Assembly (NCBI GenBank): GCA_040389125.1
Contig: JAZKAN010000001.1
Coordinates: 178,737 to 242,736, forward strand
DNA length: 64,000 nucleotides
Reading direction: 5' to 3'
DNA from: Patescibacteria group bacterium
GTDB lineage: Bacteria; Patescibacteriota; Minisyncoccia; Phycocordibacterales; DATDWN01
Part shown: piece after piece, positions 49,653 to 57,174 of the stretch
Layout: each line of letters begins with the position of its first letter
How positions within the stretch are numbered: the first letter of the stretch is position 1
Position numbers and translations under genes: made by a program
The notes under the pieces: model-generated
The model's database searches: none
Seen by the model: only the letters and a program-made list of their open reading frames with translations
Told to the model about the DNA's origin: nothing

Positions 49653-51902
49653 CTACTTTGCTACCGCAACGGCCTCATCGAAAGCGACTGATAATAGTTT
49701 CGATCCACCACCGAGACCCATAGTAACTCCGTATAAGATTCCAGCTCGAGACATTGTCTCGCGATTGTGAGTAATCACAATGAGTTGTGAATACTTGGAA
49801 AGGTTTTCAATCATGTCTGCATACTTTTTGGAGTTTGCTTCATCGAGTGCAGCGTCTGTTTCATCAAGAATAATAAATGGTGGCGGATTGACCTGAGAAA
49901 TAGCAAACAAAAGTGCAATAGATGTCAGCGCTCTCTCACCACCTGAAAGCATCATGAGACCTTTTACTTTTTTCTTGGGCAGACTAACTTCGATATCAAT
50001 TCCCTCCTCAACTGTTTCGTCATCGGTCATTTCTTCCACATCTTCTGTTTCGAGCAGACTGTCTGTGTCCTTTTTCTTGCGCTTTGGTGGAAGGGAAAGT
50101 GAGAGGTGTGCCTCGCCTCCTCCAAACATGAGTGCAAAATATTCTCGAAACTGTGTGTTGATTTTTTCAAGTCCCGTTTTGAATTCTACAGAAAGTCGCG
50201 TGTCGAGATCTGCGATAAGTGCCGAAAGTGATGTTGCAGACTGTTCCAAATCCGTGAGCTCCTTTGCTAGAAATTCGTCTCGCTCAGACGCGTCAGTGTA
50301 TTCTTTCATTACATCTGCCCCACCGATTCCGCCCGCATCCTCGAGACGGATTTTTATTTTCTCTATCGCTCTACGTCGCTCCTCCTGGATTCCCCGCGAC
50401 TCATTGTAGTCAAATGAAAGTGCCTCGAACTGCAGGACATCACGTCCAAGCATCATCGCGAGCTCTGTAAGTTCCCTCTTGAAATCTTCTTTGACCAGCC
50501 TCAAATTTTCCTCATCGGCGTGCAGTGTGTGGAGTCGTGACCGCACCTCCTGATCCTCTGCCATGATCCGAAACACCGCTTTTTCTGCATCTCGATTTGA
50601 ATCCTTTTCACGTTCAATATTTTCTTTGAGAGTGTTGTACTGTGCCGACAACTCATTCTCGCGATCCTTGACCTGTGCAAGTGATTCTTCAATGTGTTTT
50701 TTAGATTCTTTAAGCTCCTCAATATCTCTCTGCGCATCTGCAAGGAGCGACATATCAACCTTATCTTTGTTATGATCAATAAAATTTGTAACAAGTCCGA
50801 GGACTTCATCGAGAGTAGAAATAAGCACAGCTACATCATCAGAACTCTTTGCAAATTTTATTTTTTCCTCAATTTCTCCCGAGAGTGTTTCGACAGAAAC
50901 AAGTGTCACCGTTTTGTGTTCGTATGAATGCGCCACTTGCTCCTGCTTTTTGACCATTCGCACGAGCGAACTCACCTCGCCATCAACTCGTCCAAACTCC
51001 CGAAACAGATTATCTTTTTCCTCGCGAATATCATGAAGATTTTTCTCAAGCCCAATAAGCTCCTCACTTTTTTTGTCTTTATGAGATGCGTTTTCCAGAA
51101 TTGCCTTTGCTTCCGCAAGTTCCCGCTCCAATTTTTCTGATTCTTCTGCAAGTGGCGCTTTTTCTTCGTGAATTTTTTTCTCAGTAGTTTTTATATATTC
51201 ATCCTCACGTTTTGCATACTCGAGCGCTCTATCCCGCAATTCATTTTTTAATTCAAGAGTCTTCTGTACTTTCTCTACCTGTTTTTTTAAAAATTTAATA
51301 TGAGGCATGATCTCCCGCCGAAGGGATTCCACTTGTGCAATATTTTCTCGAGTTTTGACGAGCTTTTTTTCACTTTCGGTTTTCTTGTACTGATACATCT
51401 TGAGACCAAGCGCATCCTCGATAGCGGATTTACGTTCCTTGGTTGTACTATTCAAAATCCTGTCCGCCTCGCCCTGAGAAATAATATGATGACCAGATGA
51501 GCCAATGTGTGCTGACAGGAGAAGTTCCACAACGTCTTTTAGTCGTACCTGTGAGCCGTTGATGAGATACTCGTTGACCGAGTCACGATGCACCGCACGC
51601 TCGATGGTCACCGTCTCAAAATCAACGGGAAGAAATTTAGTGCTGTTATCAAATGTTACTTTGACACTCGCCCGGTTTGCACGAGGCAGGTCACCGGTGC
51701 CGTTGAAAATGAGATCCTCGCCCTTTTTACCACGCAGGCTTTTTATCGACTGCTCACCGAGCACAAATCGAAACGCCTCCGCAATGTTTGATTTCCCCGA
51801 GCCATTTGGTCCCACGATAGCAGAAATGGGAGAAGAGAAAGTCAGTTCGCTTTTTTTTGCAAATGACTTGAATCCCGAGAGTTCAATAGATTTGAGATAC
51901 AT
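49653..51902 (-). CDS. smc: SMC-family ATPase, short form (749 aa)
   Basis: GFKSF, GPNGSGKSN, ISQG, LSGGE, LDETDAALD; near rnc. Confidence 0.88.
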   Translation of the reverse strand: MYLKSIELSGFKSFAKKSELTFSSPISAIVGPNGSGKSNIAEAFRFVLGEQSIKSLRGKKGEDLIFNGTGDLPRANRASVKVTFDNSTKFLPVDFETVTIERAVHRDSVNEYLINGSQVRLKDVVELLLSAHIGSSGHHIISQGEADRILNSTTKERKSAIEDALGLKMYQYKKTESEKKLVKTRENIAQVESLRREIMPHIKFLKKQVEKVQKTLELKNELRDRALEYAKREDEYIKTTEKKIHEEKAPLAEESEKLERELAEAKAILENASHKDKKSEELIGLEKNLHDIREEKDNLFREFGRVDGEVSSLVRMVKKQEQVAHSYEHKTVTLVSVETLSGEIEEKIKFAKSSDDVAVLISTLDEVLGLVTNFIDHNKDKVDMSLLADAQRDIEELKESKKHIEESLAQVKDRENELSAQYNTLKENIEREKDSNRDAEKAVFRIMAEDQEVRSRLHTLHADEENLRLVKEDFKRELTELAMMLGRDVLQFEALSFDYNESRGIQEERRRAIEKIKIRLEDAGGIGGADVMKEYTDASERDEFLAKELTDLEQSATSLSALIADLDTRLSVEFKTGLEKINTQFREYFALMFGGGEAHLSLSLPPKRKKKDTDSLLETEDVEEMTDDETVEEGIDIEVSLPKKKVKGLMMLSGGERALTSIALLFAISQVNPPPFIILDETDAALDEANSKKYADMIENLSKYSQLIVITHNRETMSRAGILYGVTMGLGGGSKLLSVAFDEAVAVAK

Positions 51903-51950
51903 AGAAATATAATAACATAATCAATTTTTTTGTACGAAAAAGGTGGGTTT

Positions 51951-52235
51951 TTAATCCACCTTTATCCCAGACGTCTCAGTGTTTACAGCGAGGACCTCCT
52001 CAAGATCCCCCACTAAGTTATGAAGATTAGTATCGCGCCAAACACCGCCTTTTTTGCAGATTGCAATATCAAGGCGCGAGATTTCCTCGAGTAGTAACTT
52101 CACCCGTGCATGATGTTCGGCCAACCTCTCCCGAACAACCCACTCACGATCTTCAGAACTAAATTCTCCTTTTGGAAAACGAGGGCCCTCGACAGGGCGA
52201 TCCTCACGAAAAATCTTGCGAGCAACTCCTGCCAT
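51951..52235 (-). CDS. orphan hypothetical protein
   Basis: AGGAGGT SD; inserted between rnc and smc. Confidence 0.7.
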   Translation of the reverse strand: MAGVARKIFREDRPVEGPRFPKGEFSSEDREWVVRERLAEHHARVKLLLEEISRLDIAICKKGGVWRDTNLHNLVGDLEEVLAVNTETSGIKVD

Positions 52236-52272
52236 AGAACCTCCTCACTTTATAATAACATAGAAAATTTTC

Positions 52273-52968
52273 TTAATTCCAACCACGGATTTTGAGTGCC
52301 TCTCGTGCCGCCATCTGCTCTGCATCTTGTTTTGAATCCCCTGTTCCTTGTGCCACTAAATCCTTGCCGATGTAGACACCAACTGTAAATTTCTTTTCGT
52401 GATCTGGTCCCGACTCACTGACTGTTTTGTATGATGGAGTAACAGCATCGTATTCCTGCGCCTTTTCCTGAAACAAACTTTTAGAATCAATAAAACTTCC
52501 AGCAGAAATAATATCGTCAATAAGTGGAGTGAAATTTTTCTCTATAAATCCCTGCGCAGTGTCGTAACCTTGATCGAGATAAATAGCACCAATAATAGCC
52601 TCGAGAGCATTCGCAAGAATGTATTGTCGTGCACGTCCGACATCCTTGGTCTCACCTTTGGATAGCAGTAGGTAGTCATTGATTGAAAGTCGAGTAGCGA
52701 TTTCAGAACATGTCTGCGCGTTCACGAGGGCTGACCTGTAGGCAGTCAAATCGCCCTCATTTTTTTCTGGATATTTTTTAAACAGAAAGTCTGTAATGAC
52801 GAGTTCAAGCACCGCATCCCCGAGAAATTCGAGGCGTTCGTTGTGAGTGAGGCCCGACTGTTTATTTTCGTTTATATATGAACGGTGAACAAACGCCTGC
52901 ATGAGGAGTGCCGGATCGTTGAATGTGAGACCTATATTTTTTTGAAATTCCGTAAAGTCGATTTGCAT
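52273..52968 (-). CDS. rnc: ribonuclease III
   Basis: NERLEFLGDAVL, C-terminal dsRBD. Confidence 0.97.
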   Translation of the reverse strand: MQIDFTEFQKNIGLTFNDPALLMQAFVHRSYINENKQSGLTHNERLEFLGDAVLELVITDFLFKKYPEKNEGDLTAYRSALVNAQTCSEIATRLSINDYLLLSKGETKDVGRARQYILANALEAIIGAIYLDQGYDTAQGFIEKNFTPLIDDIISAGSFIDSKSLFQEKAQEYDAVTPSYKTVSESGPDHEKKFTVGVYIGKDLVAQGTGDSKQDAEQMAAREALKIRGWN

Positions 52969-53003
52969 GGGTGCACTATACCACAGAAACTAGAGATTAC
53001 CAA

Positions 53004-53336
53004 TCATAGATACAATATTAAATAATCTCTTGCAACAAAAACAATAATTACAAATATTACCGTACCAAAGAGTGATATTTTTGAATAATTATCCTTATGA
53101 CTTTTTCCACCAATAAGAATATATGTTAACTCATCAACAAACAATCCAAGTCCAACAGCATATAATATAAGAGAGTGAATTAGTAGTGTTATCAATATTC
53201 CAACTACTCCATACATCCAGTGGTGAATTCTAAACCCTTTTATTGTAGGTGCGGGTATAGGTTTAAGGAATAGAAAAATTCTAGTTACGATTACGGTTCC
53301 TAGAAAAATCATAAAAAAATGATGTGCCTCGATCAT
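53004..53336 (-). CDS. small membrane protein
   Basis: About 4 TM, RIHHWMYG and GLGLFVDE motifs. Confidence 0.75.
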   Translation of the reverse strand: MIEAHHFFMIFLGTVIVTRIFLFLKPIPAPTIKGFRIHHWMYGVVGILITLLIHSLILYAVGLGLFVDELTYILIGGKSHKDNYSKISLFGTVIFVIIVFVARDYLILYL

Positions 53337-53337
53337 T

Positions 53338-53775
53338 TTATTTTTTGGAAATATCCAAACTCATAAGATCATAACTATCATCTACTTTATCTATTGTTTT
53401 AAAATCAAAATGTTTTACATAGTAATCTGGAATTTTTGCTGAAAGTAGAATTAATTTTGCATTTTTCTTCTTCCTTATTTCTTTAATAACTCGATCTACC
53501 AACAGCTTACCTATTCCTTGTTTTTGCAAATTAGGAAGGACGTTGACCCAGAAAATAGTCCAGATAGAATAATCCATCCATGACTGACTGAAACCTGCAA
53601 ATCCTAGTATTTTACCCTTTTCTTCCGCAACAAAATATATTGGGGTTACCTGACTTTTACCAAACATATCCTTCAACTCAAGAGTTGCACTTCTCTGGTA
53701 TTTCTTATTATAATTCTTGCCAACAATTGTAGCTGCTTGAGTAATATCTTTTTTCTGAAGTAAGCGAATTTTCAT
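53338..53775 (-). CDS. GNAT acetyltransferase
   Basis: V.P..QKQGIGKLL motif A. Confidence 0.9.
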   Translation of the reverse strand: MKIRLLQKKDITQAATIVGKNYNKKYQRSATLELKDMFGKSQVTPIYFVAEEKGKILGFAGFSQSWMDYSIWTIFWVNVLPNLQKQGIGKLLVDRVIKEIRKKKNAKLILLSAKIPDYYVKHFDFKTIDKVDDSYDLMSLDISKK

Positions 53776-53778
53776 AAA

Positions 53779-54318
53779 CTATAATGATTTAAGTTCCAAT
53801 TTTTTAAACAATTCATATGCAACCATCGCACCATTCAAAGTACTGTGTGGATCAGGTTCTGGTGGTACATCAAATATTTCACATGTCTTTTTTAAACTCC
53901 AACTTTCCTGTCTCTTCAGACCTCTTTCCCATGCAATAGATAACAAATCTAATCTATGATAATCCATTTCATCTTTTACTTTTGTTTTTCTAAAAGCTTC
54001 ATTCATAAATCCCCAATCAAAAGTGGTGTTGAAAGCACAGAAAATAGCACCTTTTGTTTTTTCAGCATATATCTTTACGGCTTCTGCTAAAGATACTGCA
54101 TCTTTCCAATCAACTTCACTGTATCCATTTCTTTCCAATGCAGCTGACACTGCATTTTCAATATGTTCAGATTTAACTTTTACGTTAAGGGTATCCAGAA
54201 TTTCAAAAGTATTTTGATCAAAAACAACCAAACCGATTTCCAATATTTCATGTTCAGAAAAAACAGACCCACTAGTTTCAAGATCAGTCATTGCTATGGG
54301 TCTCACTGACATGTTCAT
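53779..54318 (-). CDS. DEDDh 3'-5' exonuclease
   Basis: DLETSG, FNTTFD, H in Exo III but G where the last Asp is expected (HSTLNGA). Confidence 0.85.
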   Translation of the reverse strand: MNMSVRPIAMTDLETSGSVFSEHEILEIGLVVFDQNTFEILDTLNVKVKSEHIENAVSAALERNGYSEVDWKDAVSLAEAVKIYAEKTKGAIFCAFNTTFDWGFMNEAFRKTKVKDEMDYHRLDLLSIAWERGLKRQESWSLKKTCEIFDVPPEPDPHSTLNGAMVAYELFKKLELKSL

Positions 54319-54329
54319 AATAAATATTA

Positions 54330-54370
54330 TAACACAAATATCACTGATTTTTTCAGTGATATTTGTGTTA
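54330..54370. terminator. 18-bp hairpin after nusB
   Basis: TAACACAAATATCACTGA-TTTTT-TCAGTGATATTTGTGTTA. Confidence 0.7.
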
Positions 54371-54384
54371 GCAACGACATGCTA

Positions 54385-55281
54385 TTATTTCTTGAGCAGA
54401 ATATTGATAGCCTGTGTCACGAGCGGGAGAATGTCATTGTAGAAATTGAGATCGAGAATATCGCCCATTTTGAACCATTTGGCATCGTCGAGACCGCCGG
54501 AATTTTTGAGTTCGAGTTCGATAAACGGCGACTCGACGAGATAGTATGTTACGTTCTTTTTTATTTTGCCTTTTTCGGGATGGTATGTCGTGTATTCATT
54601 ACTGCCGAGTTTCTCTTTGATTTCAACATCGAGAGAAAGTTCGTCTTTGATTACACGCTTTATTTCCTCCTCCTGATTTTTGTCTCCCTCAATGTGTCCC
54701 TTGGACAAAGTCCAGCGTCCAAACACATCGTGAACGAGAGCGAGAAAAATATCATCGCCCGCACGTGCGAATACGACAGCACCACCAAGATATTCTACAG
54801 GTACTGGTGCAAGCGGATTTGCTTTTACCGTTTTATCTTTGGATGTTTCGTCTTTGCCTGGCTCACCGAGCTCCTTGTACACTGCGCCGAGCACACCGTT
54901 TACAAATTTACTCGATGTCTCTCCACCGAATGTTTTAGAAAGTTCGATCGCCTCGTTGATAGCAACTTTTGGAGGAACTTGTCCGCGATCAGAAAAGAGT
55001 AGCTCGCAGAGTCCGATACGGAGAATGTTTCGGTCCATCACACTGATTTTTTCTATTGGCCAGTCTGGTGCTGCTTTTTCAATAATAAGGTCAATGTCTT
55101 TTTGTTTGTCCAACACGCAGTCGAGGAGGTTTTCCATGAACGCGAAATCCCCCATTCCAGGAGCAAATTCCTCTGCGTTGCGTATGAAAATTTCTTTTGC
55201 CTCAGCGAGGCTTTTGTTATTAAAATCCCACTCAAAGAGTGATTGGAGAACTATTGACCGTGAAAGGTGCCTGTTTGCCAT
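54385..55281 (-). CDS. nusB: transcription antitermination factor NusB fused to a Nudix-like domain
   Basis: RHLSR..VLQ, DRNILR, VAINEAIELSK, FVNGVLG; C-terminal GGAVV..WTLSKGHIE. Confidence 0.92.
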   Translation of the reverse strand: MANRHLSRSIVLQSLFEWDFNNKSLAEAKEIFIRNAEEFAPGMGDFAFMENLLDCVLDKQKDIDLIIEKAAPDWPIEKISVMDRNILRIGLCELLFSDRGQVPPKVAINEAIELSKTFGGETSSKFVNGVLGAVYKELGEPGKDETSKDKTVKANPLAPVPVEYLGGAVVFARAGDDIFLALVHDVFGRWTLSKGHIEGDKNQEEEIKRVIKDELSLDVEIKEKLGSNEYTTYHPEKGKIKKNVTYYLVESPFIELELKNSGGLDDAKWFKMGDILDLNFYNDILPLVTQAINILLKK

Positions 55282-55339
55282 GACGTTCTGTATAGTATAA
55301 ATGTTTTTGAAAAAAGTACAAACCACATACACACTTCTG

Positions 55340-55478
55340 TTGATTTTGAATTCTCTTTCTCCCAAAAGCTTTTCTGTCGCCGGAGTAATTTTCTGCTGAA
55401 AATTTTCCTCGCACTCCTGTCTACATGCAGTCCGTGATGCGCCGGAAAAGTTTTTGGTCGACGAGATTTCAAAATCAA
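55340..55478 (-). repeat. structured palindromic element, family A copy 3
   Basis: Minus-strand core differs from copy 1 at two positions; different arms TTGATTTTGAA/TTCAAAATCAA. Confidence 0.9.
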
Positions 55479-55505
55479 AAAAACACCTTGCGGTGTGCTT
55501 TTTGT

Positions 55506-55730
55506 TTATCGTCCTTCTTTTTTTGATTCGGTTTTTTTCGCTTTTCGTGCGATTTTTGCCTGCACGTCGATCACTTGTCGGCCTTTGTATTGACCAGTAA
55601 CAAGCGACGCTCTGTGTCGCAAATGTGGAACGTTTGTGTTTTTGTCCAAAGTAACCGAAGGGTTAGCCAATCCGTCGTGGGATCGTCTGTTGTTTCGGTG
55701 TGCCTTGGTTGATCTCATTCGTACTACCAT
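55506..55730 (-). CDS. rpmF: 50S ribosomal protein L32 (no Cys zinc ligands)
   Basis: RRSH, HR....G.YKGRQV. Confidence 0.9.
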   Translation of the reverse strand: MVVRMRSTKAHRNNRRSHDGLANPSVTLDKNTNVPHLRHRASLVTGQYKGRQVIDVQAKIARKAKKTESKKEGR

Positions 55731-55802
55731 AGTGGTTTTAGACTACACTACTTGAATAAAAAAGGCAACCCCATAACAAGCAGTGCTTGCTACGGGGTTG
55801 TG

Positions 55803-56069
55803 CTACAAAGGAAGGCGGTAAAGCCAGGCTAAGAACGCTTCTCTGCACTGGCTGCATCCACCATTTTCAGGTAGTAATGCATAGTGGCAAAGAAACAGCC
55901 CATTTTCTATTGGATCCCGGGAGTAATTCAAGAACAACCCCCGACCCGTCTCACACAAACCAGAAGGAATTTCGACTGAGGAAGATGTTAATTCCCCCAC
56001 AAAACTCATCCTTTGAAATTTTTCAAATCTCGCGGGAAACTCCCGCAACTTCCCCATCGACAGTTTCAT
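55803..56069 (-). CDS. orphan Cys-containing small protein
   Basis: TTGACT-N17-TAACCT, AAGGAG SD, terminator at 55758-55800. Confidence 0.7.
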   Translation of the reverse strand: MKLSMGKLREFPARFEKFQRMSFVGELTSSSVEIPSGLCETGRGLFLNYSRDPIENGLFLCHYALLPENGGCSQCREAFLAWLYRLPL

Positions 56070-56111
56070 CTTTGTCTCCTTTTATTAGGTTATTCCCTAA
56101 TCACTTTCTAG

Positions 56112-56714
56112 TCAAATAATATTTTTACAAAAACTCTTACGATGCAAAATTGAAAACCCGTGAGTTTGGATTGTGTTTCTGTGTTTTGCTGTGCCATAAC
56201 CCTTGTGAATTTCAAATCCGTACTGTGGAAATTTTTTAGCATGACGGCACATGAGTGCGTCACGAGAAACTTTTGCCAGGATTGATGCCCATGCGATGAT
56301 TTTTTCCTTTTCGTCACCTTTGATTATTGTTTTTTGGTTTGTAAATTCAGCGGGAGCATGGAGACTGCCATCGAGACGTATTTCTGTTTGCTTTGGATCG
56401 ATTTTGAGTTTCTGAATTCCACTTCGCATCGCCTTTTTGATTGCAAATGAAATTCCTTTTGAATCGATAATGGTTTGAGAAATATGTGTCACCACAAAAG
56501 AAATTTTCTTTTCTTTTGCGAGATGTTTTAACATTTTGGAGTATTTCTCTCGATCAGCATGCGAGAGCTTTTTGCTGTCTTTTCCACTCCCAGGAAGTCG
56601 TTTGTCACGTTTGAGTGCTATGTAAATATCCGCCCTACAGACGACCACCCCGACCGTCACAGGTCCCGCCAGAGGCCCCCGTCCCACTTCATCTATCCCG
56701 ACAATGTATTTCAT
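56112..56714 (-). CDS. rnhB: ribonuclease HII
   Basis: GIDEVGRGPLAGP, DSKKL, KGD, ASILAKVSRD, HKGYGT. Confidence 0.96.
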   Translation of the reverse strand: MKYIVGIDEVGRGPLAGPVTVGVVVCRADIYIALKRDKRLPGSGKDSKKLSHADREKYSKMLKHLAKEKKISFVVTHISQTIIDSKGISFAIKKAMRSGIQKLKIDPKQTEIRLDGSLHAPAEFTNQKTIIKGDEKEKIIAWASILAKVSRDALMCRHAKKFPQYGFEIHKGYGTAKHRNTIQTHGFSILHRKSFCKNII

Positions 56715-56792
56715 CCAGATATTTTAACATACGATAAAGGGCGCCCGAAGTTCGGACGCCCAGATTTTATTACTTCTCCTGCCGCTCCCCGT

Positions 56793-57086
56793 TTACCACT
56801 TCACGGGATCCCACTCCTTCTTGAGAGACTCATTGAATTCCATCTTTTCCTCGGCATACGTCACTTCACAGTGGCCGTCGAACACGAGGAAACCTTTTAT
56901 TCCTTCTCCAAGTTCCACCCAGGTATTAGTTCCTTCCAACTCGAAGCGACGCATTTTACCGCCAACCAGTATGGCGCAGGACCCGGCCGTCTGGAGTACT
57001 TCGAAGGGAATCTCCACAAATTTGTACACCTCCTGTGGTTGCCCTTGTTTGTCATAAAAACCCGTGCCAATTGCTATCTTAAACAT
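56793..57086 (-). CDS. orphan hypothetical protein
   Basis: Consensus TTGACA-N17-TATAAT (57134-57106), AGGAG SD, hairpin at 56736-56761. Confidence 0.75.
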   Translation of the reverse strand: MFKIAIGTGFYDKQGQPQEVYKFVEIPFEVLQTAGSCAILVGGKMRRFELEGTNTWVELGEGIKGFLVFDGHCEVTYAEEKMEFNESLKKEWDPVKW

Positions 57087-57174
57087 GTTGTGCTCTCCTG
57101 TGTATATTATACACCCATTATATAGTATTGTCAAGCACGAGTGACTTCAGTCAATGTGTTACAATCTCACTACC

